Shown: one piece after another, positions 39,201-54,200 of the stretch
Position numbering within the stretch: the stretch's first letter is position 1
Layout of the letters: each line of letters starts with the position of its first letter
Source: Macrostomum hystrix
Taxonomy: Eukaryota > Animalia > Platyhelminthes
Assembly: GCA_950097015.1 (NCBI GenBank)
Contig: CATNEN010000037.1
Location: forward strand, 3,286,001 to 3,350,000
Reading direction: 5' to 3'
Length of the DNA stretch: 64,000 bases
Position numbers and translations under genes: made by a program
The notes under the pieces: generated by a model
Told to the model about the DNA's origin: nothing
Database searches by the model: none
Seen by the model: the letters and a program-made list of their open reading frames with translations, nothing else

Positions 39201-42200
39201 TCAATGACCAATAGAAAGCCAATCTTCAATGACCAATAGAAAGCCAATCTTCAATGACCAGTTGAAAACCAATCTTCAATGACCACTAGAAAGCCAATCT
39301 TCAATGACCAATAGAAAGCCAATCTTCAATGACCAGTTGAAAACCAATCTTCAATGACCAGTTGAAAACCAATCTTCAATGACCACTAGAAAGCCAATCT
39401 TCAATGACCAGTTGAAAACCAATCTTCAATGACCACTAGAAAGCCAATCTTCAATGACCAATAGAAAGCCAATCTTCAATGACCAATAGAAAGCCAATCT
39501 TCAATGACCAGTTGAAAAACCAATCTTCAATGACCACTAGAAGCCAATCTTCAATGACCAATAGAAAGCCAATCTTCAATGACCACTAGAAAGCCAATCT
39601 TCAATGACCACTAGAAAACCAATCTTCAATGACCAGTTGAAAACCAATCTTCAATGACCACTAGAAAGCCAATCTTCAATGACCAATAGAAAGCCAATCT
39701 TCAATGACCACTAGAAAGCCAATCTTCAATGACCAATAGAAAGCCAATCTTCAATGACCAGTTGAAAACCAATCTTCAATGACCACTAGAAAGCCAATCT
39801 TCAATGACCAATAGAAAGCCAATCTTCAATGACCAGTTGAAAAACAATCTTCAATGACCAGTTGAAAACCAATCTTCAATGACCACTAGAAAGCCAATCT
39901 TCAATGACCAAAAGAAAGCCAATCTTCAATGACCACTAGAAAGCCAATCTTCAATGACCACTAGAAAGCCAATCTTCAATGACCAGTTGAAAACCAATCT
40001 TCAATGACCAATAGAAAGCCAATCTTCAATGACCAATAGAAAGCCAATCTTCAATGACCAGTTGAAAACCAATCTTCAATGACCAATAGAAAGCCAATCT
40101 TCAATGACCAATAGAAAGCCAATCTTCAATGACCAGTTGAAAACCAATCTTCAATGACCAGTTGAAAACCAATCTTCAATGACCACTAGAAAGCCAATCT
40201 TCAATGACCAGTTGAAAACCAATCTTCAATGACCACTAGAAAGCCAATCTTCAATGACCAATAGAAAGCCAATCTTCAATGACCACTAGAAAACCAATCT
40301 TCAATGACCAGTTGAAAACCAATCTTCAATGACCACTAGAAAGCCAATCTTCAATGACCAATAGAAAGCCAATCTTCAATGACCACTAGAAAGCCAATCT
40401 TCAATGACCACTAGAAAACCAATCTTCAATGACCAGTTGAAAACCAATCTTCAATGACCACTAGAAAGCCAATCTTCAATGACCAATAGAAAGCCAATCT
40501 TCAATGACCACTAGAAAGCCAATCTTCAATGACCAATAGAAAGCCAATCTTCAATGACCAGTTGAAAACCAATCTTCAATGACCACTAGAAAGCCAATCT
40601 TCAATGACCAATAGAAAGCCAATCTTCAATGACCAGTTGAAAACCAATCTTCAATGACCAGTTGAAAACCAATCTTCAATGACCACTAGAAAGCCAATCT
40701 TCAATGACCACTAGAAAGCCAATCTTCAATGACCAATAGAAAGCCAATCTTCAATGACCAATAGAAAGCCAATCTTCAATGACCAGTTGAAAACCAATCT
40801 TCAATGACCAATAGAAAGCCAATCTTCAATGACCACTAGAAAGCCAATCTTCAATGACCACTAGAAAGCCAATCTTCAATGACCAATAGAAAGCCAATCT
40901 TCAATGACCAGTTGAAAACCAATCTTCAATGACCAATAGAAAGCCAATCTTCAATGACCACTAGAAAGCCAATCTTCAATGACCAATAGAAAGCCAATCT
41001 TCAATGACCAATAGAAAGCCAATCTTCAATGACCAGTTGAAAACCAATCTTCAATGACCAATAGAAAGCCAATCTTCAATGACCAGTTGAAAACCAATCT
41101 TCAATGACCAGTTGAAAAACCAATCTTCAATGACCAATAGAAAGCCAATCTTCAATGACCAATAGAAAGCCAATCTTCAATGACCAGTTTGAAAACCAAT
41201 CTTCAATGACCACTAGAAAGCCAATCTTCAATGACCAATAGAAAGCCAATCTTCAATGACCAGTTGAAAACCAATCTTCAATGACCAGTTGAAAACCAAT
41301 CTTCAATGACCACTAGAAAGCCAATCTTCAATGACCAGTTGAAAACCAATCTTCAATGACCACTAGAAAGCCAATCTTCAATGACCAATAGAAAGCCAAT
41401 CTTCAATGACCAATAGAAAGCCAATCTTCAATGACCAGTTGAAAACCAATCTTCAATGACCACTAGAAAGCCAATCTTCAATGACCAATAGAAAGCCAAT
41501 CTTCAATGACCACTAGAAAGCCAATCTTCAATGACCACTAGAAAACCAATCTTCAATGACCAGTTGAAAACCAATCTTCAATGACCACTAGAAAGCCAAT
41601 CTTCAATGACCAATAGAAAGCCAATCTTCAATGACCACTAGAAAGCCAATCTTCAATGACCAATAGAAAGCCAATCTTCAATGACCAGTTGAAAACCAAT
41701 CTTCAATGACCACTAGAAAGCCAATCTTCAATGACCAATAGAAAGCCAATCTTCAATGACCAGTTGAAAAACAATCTTCAATGACCAGTTGAAAACCAAT
41801 CTTCAATGACCACTAGAAAGCCAATCTTCAATGACCAAAAGAAAGCCAATCTTCAATGACCACTAGAAAGCCAATCTTCAATGACCACTAGAAAGCCAAT
41901 CTTCAATGACCAGTTGAAAACCAATCTTCAATGACCAATAGAAAGCCAATCTTCAATGACCAATAGAAAGCCAATCTTCAATGACCAGTTGAAAACCAAT
42001 CTTCAATGACCAATAGAAAGCCAATCTTCAATGACCAATAGAAAGCCAATCTTCAATGACCAGTTGAAAACCAATCTTCAATGACCAGTTGAAAACCAAT
42101 CTTCAATGACCACTAGAAAGCCAATCTTCAATGACCAGTTGAAAACCAATCTTCAATGACCACTAGAAAGCCAATCTTCAATGACCAATAGAAAGCCAAT

Positions 42201-45200
42201 CTTCAATGACCACTAGAAAACCAATCTTCAATGACCAGTTGAAAACCAATCTTCAATGACCACTAGAAAGCCAATCTTCAATGACCAATAGAAAGCCAAT
42301 CTTCAATGACCACTAGAAAGCCAATCTTCAATGACCACTAGAAAAACCAATCTTCAATGACCAGTTGAAAACCAATCTTCAATGACCACTAGAAAGCCAA
42401 TCTTCAATGACCAATAGAAAGCCAATCTTCAATGACCACTAGAAAGCCAATCTTCAATGACCAATAGAAAGCCAATCTTCAATGACCAGTTGAAAACCAA
42501 TCTTCAATGACCACTAGAAAGCCAATCTTCAATGACCAATAGAAAGCCAATCTTCAATGACCAGTTGAAAACCAATCTTCAATGACCAGTTGAAAACCAA
42601 TCTTCAATGACCACTAGAAAGCCAATCTTCAATGACCACTAGAAAGCCAATCTTCAATGACCAATAGAAAGCCAATCTTCAATGACCAGTTGAAAACCAA
42701 TCTTCAATGACCAATAGAAAGCCAATCTTCAATGACCACTAGAAAGCCAATCTTCAATGACCAATAGAAAGCCAATCTTCAATGACCACTAGAAAGCCAA
42801 TCTTCAATGACCACTAGAAAGCCAATCTTCAATGACCAGTTGAAAACCAATCTTCAATGACCAGTTGAAAACCAATCTTCAATGACCACTAGAAAGCCAA
42901 TCTTCAATGACCAATAGAAAGCCAATCTTCAATGACCACTAGAAAGCCAATCTTCAATGACCAATAGAAAGCCAATCTTCAATGACCAGTTGAAAACCAA
43001 TCTTCAATGACCACTAGAAAGCCAATCTTCAATGACCAATAGAAAGCCAATCTTCAATGACCAGTTGAAAACCAATCTTCAATGACAGTTGAAAACCAAT
43101 CTTCAATGACCACTAGAAAGCCAATCTTCAATGACCAATAGAAAGCCAATCTTCAATGACCACTAGAAAGCCAATCTTCAATGACCAATAGAAAGCCAAT
43201 CTTCAATGACCAGTTGAAAACCAATCTTCAATGACCAATAGAAGGCCAATCTTCAATGACCAATAGAAAGCCAATCTTCAATGACCAGTTGAAAACCAAT
43301 CTTCAATGACCAGTTGAAAACCAATCTTCAATGACCAGTTGAAAACCAATCTTCAATGACCAATAGAAAGCCAATCTTCAATGACCACTAGAAAGCCAAT
43401 CTTCAATGACCACTAGAAAGCCAATCTTCAATGACCAATAGAAAGCCAATCTTCAATGACCAGTTGAAAACCAATCTTCAATGACCAATAGAAAGCCAAT
43501 CTTCAATGACCACTAGAAAGCCAGACTTCAATGACCAATAGAAAGCCAATCTTCAATGACCACTAGAAAGCCAATCTTCAATGACCAATAGAAAGCCAAT
43601 CTTCAATGACCAGTTGAAAACCAATCTTCAATGACCAGTTGAAAACCAATCTTCAATGACCACTAGAAAGCCAATCTTCAATGACCAATAGAAAGCCAAT
43701 CTTCAATGACCACTAGAAAGCCAATCTTCAATGACCAATAGAAAGCCAATCTTCAATGACCAGTTGAAAACCAATCTTCAATGACCACTAGAAAGCCAAT
43801 CTTCAATGACCAATAGAAAGCCAATCTTCAATGACCAGTTGAAAACCAATCTTCAATGACCAGTTGAAAACCAATCTTCAATGACCACTAGAAAGCCAAT
43901 CTTCAATGACCAATAGAAAGCCAATCTTCAATGACCACTAGAAAGCCAATCTTCAATGACCAATAGAAAGCCAATCTTCAATGACCAGTTGAAAACCAAT
44001 CTTCAATGACCACTAGAAAGCCAATCTTCAATGACCAATAGAAAGCCAATCTTCAATGACCAGTTCAAAGCCAATCTTCAATGACCAGTTGAAAACCAAT
44101 CTTCAATGACCACTAGAAAGCCAATCTTCAATGACCAATAGAAAGCCAATCTTCAATGACCACTAGAAAGCCAATCTTCAATGACCAATAGAAAGCCAAT
44201 CTTCAATGACCAGTTGAAAACCAATCTTCAATGACCAATAGAAAGCCAATCTTCAATGACCAATAGAAAGCCAATCTTCAATGACCAGTTGAAAACCAAT
44301 CTTCAATGACCAATAGAAAGCCAATCTTCAATGACCAGTTGAAAACCAATCTTCAATGACCAATAGAAAGCCAATCTTCAATGACCACTAGAAAGCCAAT
44401 CTTCAATGACCACTAGAAAGCCAATCTTCAATGACCAATAGAAAGCCAATCTTCAATGACCAGTTGAAAACCAATCTTCAATGACCAATAGAAAGCCAAT
44501 CTTCAATGACCACTAGAAAGCCAATCTTCAATGACCAATAGAAAGCCAATCTTCAATGACCACTAGAAAGCCAATCTTCAATGACCAATAGAAAGCCAAT
44601 CTTCAATGACCAGTTGAAAACCAATCTTCAATGACCAGTTGAAAACCAATCTTCAATGACCACTAGAAAGCCAATCTTCAATGACCAATAGAAAGCCAAT
44701 CTTCAATGACCACTAGAAAGCCAATCTTCAATGACCAATAGAAAGCCAATCTTCAATGACCAGTTGAAAACCAATCTTCAATGACCACTAGAAAGCCAAT
44801 CTTCAATGACCAATAGAAAGCCAATCTTCAATGACCAGTTGAAAACCAATCTTCAATGACCAGTTGAAAACCAATCTTCAATGACCACTAGAAAGCCAAT
44901 CTTCAATGACCAATAGAAAGCCAATCTTCAATGACCACTAGAAAGCCAATCTTCAATGACCAATAGAAAGCCAATCTTCAATGACCAGTTGAAAACCAAT
45001 CTTCAATGACCAATAGAAAGCCAATCTTCAATGACCAATAAAAAGCCAATCTTCAATGACCAGTTGAAAACCAATCTTCAATGACCAGTTGAAAACCAAT
45101 CTTCAATGACCAGTTGAAAACCAATCTTCAATGACCAGTTGAAAACCAATCTTCAATGACCAGTTGAAAACCAATCTTCAATGACCACTAGAAAGCCAAT

Positions 45201-48200
45201 CTTCAATGACCATAGAAAGCCAATCTTCAATGACCACTAGAAAGCCAATCTTCAATGACCAATAGAAAGCCAATCTTCAATGACCAGTTGAAAACCAATC
45301 TTCAATGACCAATAGAAAGCCAATCTTCAATGACCAATAGAAAGCCAATCTTCAATGACCAGTTGAAAACCAATCTTCAATGACCAGTTGAAAACCAATC
45401 TTCAATGACCAGTTGAAAACCAATCTTCAATGACCAGTTGAAAACCAATCTTCAATGACCACTAGAAAGCCAATCTTCAATGACCAATAGAAAGCCAATC
45501 TTCAATGACCAATAGAAAGCCAATCTTCAATGACCAGTTGAAAACCAATCTTCAATGACCACTAGAAAGCCAATCTTCAATGACCAATAGAAAGCCAATC
45601 TTCAATGACCACTAGAAAGCCAATCTTCAATGACCACTAGAAAACCAATCTTCAATGACCAGTTGAAAACCAATCTTCAATGACCACTAGAAAGCCAATC
45701 TTCAATGACCAATAGAAAGCCAATCTTCAATGACCACTAGAAAGCCAATCTTCAATGACCAATAGAAAGCCAATCTTCAATGACCAGTTGAAAACCAATC
45801 TTCAATGACCAATAGAAAGCCAATCTTCAATGACCAATAGAAAGCCAATCTTCAATGACCAGTTAAAAACCAATCTTCAATGACCAATAGAAAGCCAATC
45901 TTCAATGACCACTAGAAAGCCAATCTTCAATGACCACTAGAAAGCCAATCTTCAATGACCAATAGAAAGCCAATCTTCAATGACCAGTTGAAAACCAATC
46001 TTCAATGACCAATAGAAAGCCAATCTTCAATGACCACTAGAAAGCCAATCTTCAATGACCAATAGAAAGCCAATCTTCAATGACCACTAGAAAGCCAATC
46101 TTCAATGACCAATAGAAAGCCAATCTTCAATGACCAGTTGAAAACCAATCTTCAATGACCAGTTGAAAACCAATCTTCAATGACCACTAGAAAGCCAATC
46201 TTCAATGACCAAAAGAAAGCCAATCTTCAATGACCACTAGAAAGCCAATCTTCAATGACCAATAGAAAGCCAATCTTCAATGACCAATAGAAAGCCAATC
46301 TTCAATGACCAGTTGAAAACCAATCTTCAATGACCAATAGAAAGCCAATCCTCAATGACCACTAGAAAGCCAATCTTCAATGACCACTAGAAAGCCAATC
46401 TTCAATGACCAATAGAAAGCCAATCTTCAATGACCAGTTGAAAACCAATCTTCAATGACCAATAGAAAGCCAATCTTCAATGACCACTAGAAAGCCAATC
46501 TTCAATGACCAATAGAAAGCCAATCTTCAATGACCAATAGAAAGCCAATCTTCAATGACCAGTTGAAAACCAATCTTCAATGACCAATAGAAAGCCAATC
46601 TTCAATGACCAGTTGAAAACCAATCTTCAATGACCAGTTGAAAACCAATCTTCAATGACCAATAGAAAGCCAATCTTCAATGACCAATAGAAAGCCAATC
46701 TTCAATGACCAGTTGAAAACCAATCTTCAATGACCACTAGAAAGCCAATCTTCAATGACCAATAGAAAGCCAATCTTCAATGACCAGTTGAAAACCAATC
46801 TTCAATGACCAGTTGAAAACCAATCTTCAATGACCACTAGAAAGCCAATCTTCAATGACCAGTTGAAAACCAATCTTCAATGACCACTAGAAAGCCAATC
46901 TTCAATGACCAATAGAAAGCCAATCTTCAATGACCAATAGAAAGCCAATCTTCAATGACCAGTTGAAAACCAATCTTCAATGACCACTAGAAAGCCAATC
47001 TTCAATGACCAATAGAAAGCCAATCTTCAATGACCACTAGAAAGCCAATCTTCAATGACCACTAGAAAACCAATCTTCAATGACCAGTTGAAAACCAATC
47101 TTCAATGACCACTAGAAAGCCAATCTTCAATGACCAATAGAAAGCCAATCTTCAATGACCACTAGAAAGCCAATCTTCAATGACCAATAGAAAGCCAATC
47201 TTCAATGACCAGTTGAAAACCAATCTTCAATGACCACTAGAAAGCCAATCTTCAATGACCAATAGAAAGCCAATCTTCAATGACCAGTTGAAAAACAATC
47301 TTCAATGACCAGTTGAAAACCAATCTTCAATGACCACTAGAAAGCCAATCTTCAATGACCAAAAGAAAGCCAATCTTCAATGACCACTAGAAAGCCAATC
47401 TTCAATGACCACTAGAAAGCCAATCTTCAATGACCAGTTGAAAAACCAATCTTCAATGACCAATAGAAAGCCAATCTTCAATGACCAATAGAAAGCCAAT
47501 CTTCAATGACCAGTTGAAAACCAATCTTCAATGACCAATAGAAAGCCAATCTTCAATGACCAATAGAAAGCCAATCTTCAATGACCAGTTTGAAAACCAA
47601 TCTTCAATGACCAGTTGAAAACCAATCTTCAATGACCACTAGAAAGCCAATCTTCAATGACCAGTTGAAAACCAATCTTCAATGACCACTAGAAAGCCAA
47701 TCTTCAATGACCAATAGAAAGCCAATCTTCAATGACCAGTTGAAAACCAATCTTCAATGACCACTAGAAAGCCAATCTTCAATGACCAATAGAAAGCCAA
47801 TCTTCAATGACCACTAGAAAGCCAATCTTCAATGACCACTAGAAAACCAATCTTCAATGACCAGTTGAAAACCAATCTTCAATGACCACTAGAAAGCCAA
47901 TCTTCAATGACCAATAGAAAGCCAATCTTCAATGACCACTAGAAAGCCAATCTTCAATGACCAATAGAAAGCCAATCTTCAATGACCAGTTGAAAACCAA
48001 TCTTCAATGACCACTAGAAAGCCAATCTTCAATGACCAATAGAAAGCCAATCTTCAATGACCAGTTGAAAACCAATCTTCAATGACCAATAGAAAGCCAA
48101 TCTTCAATGACCAATAGAAAGCCAATCTTCAATGACCAAAAGAAAGCCAATCTTCAATGACCACTAGAAAGCCAATCTTCAATGACCACTAGAAAGCCAA

Positions 48201-51200
48201 TCTTCAATGACCAGTTGAAAAACAATCTTCAATGACCAGTTGAAAACCAATCTTCAATGACCACTAGAAAGCCAATCTTCAATGACCAAAAGAAAGCCAA
48301 TCTTCAATGACCACTAGAAAGCCAATCTTCAATGACCACTAGAAAGCCAATCTTCAATGACCAGTTGAAAACCAATCTTCAATGACCAATAGAAAGCCAA
48401 TCTTCAAAGACCAATAGAAAGCCAATCTTCAATGACCAGTTGAAAACCAATCTTCAATGACCAATAGAAAGCCAATCTTCAATGACCAATAGAAAGCCAA
48501 TCTTCAATGACCAGTTGAAAACCAATCTTCAATGACCAGTTGAAAACCAATCTTCAATGACCACTAGAAAGCCAATCTTCAATGACCAGTTGAAAACCAA
48601 TCTTCAATGACCACTAGAAAGCCAATCTTCAATGACCAATAGAAAGCCAATCTTCAATGACCAATAGAAAGCCAATCTTCAATGACCAGTTGAAAACCAA
48701 TCTTCAATGACCACTAGAAGCCAATCTTCAATGACCAATAGAAAGCCAATCTTCAATGACCACTAGAAAGCCAATCTTCAATGACCACTAGAAAACCAAT
48801 CTTCAATGACCAGTTGAAAACCAATCTTCAATGACCACTAGAAAGCCAATCTTCAATGACCAATAGAAAGCCAATCTTCAATGACCACTAGAAAGCCAAT
48901 CTTCAATGACCAATAGAAAGCCAATCTTCAATGACCAGTTGAAAACCAATCTTCAATGACCACTAGAAAGCCAATCTTCAATGACCAAAGAAAGCCAATC
49001 TTCAATGACCAGTTGAAAACCAATCTTTAATGACCAATAGAAAGCCAATCTTCAATGACCACTAGAAAGCCAATCTTCAATGACCACTAGAAAGCCAATC
49101 TTCAATGACCAATAGAAAGCCAATCTTCAATGACCAGTTGAAAACCAATCTTCAATGACCAATAGAAAGCCAATCTTCAATGACCACTAGAAAGCCAATC
49201 TTCAATGACCAATAGAAAGCCAATCTTCAATGACCACTAGAAAGCCAATCTTCAATGACCAATAGAAAGCCAATCTTCAATGACCAGTTGAAAACCAATC
49301 TTCAATGACCAGTTGAAAACCAATCTTCAATGACCACTAGAAAGCCAATCTTCAATGACCAATAGAAAGCCAATCTTCAATGACCACTAGAAAGCCAATC
49401 TTCAATGACCAATAGAAAGCCAATCTTCAATGACCAGTTGAAAACCAATCTTCAATGACCACTAGAAAGCCAATCTTCAATGACCAATAGAAAGCCAATC
49501 TTCAATGACCAGTTGAAAACCAATCTTCAATGACCAGTTGAAAACCAATCTTCAATGACCACTAGAAAGCCAATCTTCAATGACCAATAGAAAGCCAATC
49601 TTCAATGACCACTAGAAAGCCAATCTTCAATGACCAATAGAAAGCCAATCTTCAATGACCAGTTGAAAACCAATCTTCAATGACCAATAGAAAGCCAATC
49701 TTCAATGACCAATAGAAAGCCAATCTTCAATGACCAGTTGAAAACCAATCTTCAATGACCAGTTGAAAACCAATCTTCAATGACCAGTTGAAAACCAATC
49801 TTCAATGACCAATAGAAAGCCAATCTTCAATGACCACTAGAAAGCCAATCTTCAATGACCAATAGAAAGCCAATCTTCAATGACCAATAGAAAGCCAATC
49901 TTCAATGACCAGTTGAAAACCAATCTTCAATGACCAATAGAAAGCCAATCTTCAATGACCACTAGAAAGCCAATCTTCAATGACCAATAGAAAGCCAATC
50001 TTCAATGACCAGTTGAAAACCAATCTTCAATGACCAGTTGAAAACCAATCTTCAATGACCACTAGAAAGCCAATCTTCAATGACCAATAGAAAGCCAATC
50101 TTCAATGACCACTAGAAAGCCAATCTTCAATGACCAATAGAAAGTCAATCTTCAATGACCAATAGAAAGCCAATCTTCAATGACCAGTTGAAAACCAATC
50201 TTCAATGACCAATAGAAAGCCAATCTTCAATGACCACTAGAAAGCCAATCTTCAATGACCACTAGAAAGCCAATCTTCAATGACCAATAGAAAGCCAATC
50301 TTCAATGACCAGTTGAAAACCAATCTTCAATGACCAATAGAAAGCCAATCTTCAATGACCACTAGAAAGCCAATCTTCAATGACCAATAGAAAGCCAATC
50401 TTCAATGACCAATAGAAAGCCAATCTTCAATGACCAGTTGAAAACCAATCTTCAATGACCAATAGAAAGCCAATCTTCAATGACCAGTTGAAAACCAATC
50501 TTCAATGACCAGTTGAAAACCAATCTTCAATGACCACTAGAAAGCCAATCTTCAATGACCACTAGAAAGCCAATCTTCAATGACCACTAGAAAGCCAATC
50601 TTCAATGACCACTAGAAAACCAATCTTCAATGACCAGTTGAAAACCAATCTTCAATGACCACTAGAAAGCCAATCTTCAATGACCAATAGAAAGCCAATC
50701 TTCAATGACCACTAGAAAGCCAATCTTCAATGACCAATAGAAAGCCAATCTTCAATGACCAGTTGAAAACCAATCTTCAATGACCACTAGAAAGCCAATC
50801 TTCAATGACCAGTTGAAAACCAATCTTCAATGACCAGTTGAAAACCAATCTTCAATGACCAATAGAAAGCCAATCTTCAATGACCACTAGAAAGCCAATC
50901 ATCAATTGACCACTAGAAAGCCAATCTTCAATGACCAATAGAAAGCCAATCTTCAATGACCAGTTGAAAACCAATCTTCAATGACCAATAGAAAGCCAAT
51001 CTTCAATGACCACTAGAAAGCCAATCTTCAATGACCAATAGAAAGCCAATCTTCAATGACCACTAGAAAGCCAATCTTCAATGACCAATAGAAAGCCAAT
51101 CTTCAATGACCAGTTGAAAACCAATCTTCAATGACCAGTTGAAAAACCAATCTTCAATGACCACTAGAAAGCCAATCTTCAATGACCAATAGAAAGCCAA

Positions 51201-54200
51201 TCTTCAATGACCACTAGAAAGCCAATCTTCAATGACCAATAGAAAGCCAATCTTCAATGACCAGTTGAAAACCAATCTTCAATGACCACTAGAAAGCCAA
51301 TCTTCAATGACCACTAGAAAGCCAATCTTCAATGACCAATAGTAAGCCAATCTTCAATGACCAATTGAAAACCAATCTTCAATGACCAATAGAAAGCCAA
51401 TCTTCAATGACCACTAGAAAGCCAATCTTCAATGACCAATAGAAAGCCAATCTTCAATGACCAGTTGAAAACCAATCTTCAATGACCAGTTGAAAACCAA
51501 TCTTCAATGACCACTAGAAAGCCAATCTTCAATGACCAATAGAAAGCCAATCTTCAATGACCACTAGAAAGCCAATCTTCAATGACCAATAGAAAGCCAA
51601 TCTTCAATGACCAATAGAAAGCCAATCTTCAATGACCAGTTGAAAACCAATCTTCAATGACCAATAGAAAGCCAATCTTCAATGACCACTAGAAAGCCAA
51701 TCTTCAATGACCACTAGAAAGCCAATCTTCAATGACCAATAGAAAGCCAATCTTCAATGACCAGTTGAAAACCAATCTTCAATGACCAATAGAAAGCCAA
51801 TATTCAATGACCACTAGAAAGCCAATCTTCAATGACCAATAGAAAGCCAATCTTCAATGACCAATAGAAAGCCAATCTTCAATGACCAGTTGAAAACCAA
51901 TCTTCAATGACCAATAGAAAGCCAATCTTCAATGACCAGTTGAAAACCAATCTTCAATGACCAGTTGAAAAACCAATCTTCAATGACCAATAGAAAGCCA
52001 ATCTTCAATGACCAATAGAAAGCCAATCTTCAATGACCAGTTGAAAACCAATCTTCAATGACCACTAGAAAGCCAATCTTCAATGACCAATAGAAAGCCA
52101 ATCTTCAATGACCAGTTGAAAACCAATCTTCAATGACCAGTTGAAAACCAATCTTCAATGACCACTAGAAAGCCAATCTTCAATGACCAGTTGAAAACCA
52201 ATCTTCAATGACCACTAGAAAGCCAATCTTCAATGACCAATAGAAAGCCAATCTTCAATGACCAATAGAAAGCCAATCTTCAATGACCAGTTGAAAACCA
52301 ATCTTCAATGACCACTAGAAAGCCAATCTTCAATGACCAATAGAAAGCCAATCTTCAATGACCACTAGAAAGCCAATCTTCAATGACCACTAGAAAACCA
52401 ATCTTCAATGACCAGTTGAAAACCAATCTTCAATGACCACTAGAAAGCCAATCTTCAATGACCAATAGAAAGCCAATCTTCAATGACCACTAGAAAGCCA
52501 ATCTTCAATGACCAATAGAAAGCCAATCTTCAATGACCAGTTGAAAACCAATCTTCAATGACCACTAGAAAGCCAATCTTCAATGACCAATAGAAAGCCA
52601 ATCTTCAATGACCAGTTGAAAAACAATCTTCAATGACCAGTTGAAAACCAATCTTCAATGACCACTAGAAAGCCAATCTTCAATGACCAAAAGAAAGCCA
52701 ATCTTCAATGACCACTAGAAAGCCAATCTTCAATGACCACTAGAAAGCCAATCTTCAATGACCAGTTGAAAACCAATCTTCAATGACCAATAGAAAGCCA
52801 ATCTTCAATGACCAATAGAAAACCAATCTTCAATGACCAGTTGAAAACCAATCTTCAATGACCAATAGAAAGCCAATCTTCAATGACCAATAGAAAGCCA
52901 ATCTTCAATGACCAGTTGAAAAACCAATCTTCAATGACCAGTTGAAAACCAATCTTCAATGACCACTAGAAAGCCAATCTTCAATGACCAAAAGAAAGCC
53001 AATCTTCAATGACCACTAGAAAGCCAATCTTCAATGACCAATAGAAAGCCAATCTTCAATGACCAATAGAAAGCCAATCTTCAATGACCAGTTGAAAACC
53101 AATCTTCAATGACCAATAGAAAGCCAATCTTCAATGACCACTAGAAAGCCAATCTTCAATGACCACTAGAAAGCCAATCTTCAATGACCAATAGAAAGCC
53201 AATCTTCAATGACCAGTTGAAAACCAATCTTCAATGACCAATAGAAAGCCAATCTTCAATGACCACTAGAAAGCCAATCTTCAATGACCAATAGAAAGCC
53301 AATCTTCAATGACCAATAGAAAGCCAATCTTCAATGACCAGTTGAAAACCAATCTTCAATGACCAATAGAAAGCCAATCTTCAATGACCACTAGAAAGCC
53401 AATCTTCAATGACCAATAGAAAGCCAATCTTCAATGACCACTAGAAAGCCAATCTTCAATGACCAATAGAAAGCCAATCTTCAATGACCAGTTGAAAACC
53501 AATCTTCAATGACCAGTTGAAAACCAATCTTCAATGACCACTAGAAAGCCAATCTTCAATGACCAATAGAAAGCCAATCTTCAATGACCACTAGAAAGCC
53601 AATCTTCAATGACCAATAGAAAGCCAATCTTCAATGACCAGTTGAAAACCAATCTTCAATGACCACTAGAAAGCCAATCTTCAATGACCACTAGAAAGCC
53701 AATCTTCAATGACCAATAGTAAGCCAATCTTCAATGACCAATTGAAAACCAATCTTCAATGACCAATAGAAAGCCAATCTTCAATGACCACTAGAAAGCC
53801 AATCTTCAATGACCAATAGAAAGCCAATCTTCAATGACCAGTTGAAAACCAATCTTCAATGACCAGTTGAAAACCAATCTTCAATGACCACTAGAAAGCC
53901 AATCTTCAATGACCAATAGAAAGCCAATCTTCAATGACCACTAGAAAGCCAATCTTCAATGACCAATAGAAAGCCAATCTTCAATGACCAATAGAAAGCC
54001 AATCTTCAATGACCAGTTGAAAACCAATCTTCAATGACCAATAGAAAGCCAATCTTCAATGACCACTAGAAAGCCAATCTTCAATGACCACTAGAAAGCC
54101 AATCTTCAATGACCAATAGAAAGCCAATCTTCAATGACCAGTTGAAAACCAATCTTCAATGACCAATAGAAAGCCAATATTCAATGACCACTAGAAAGCC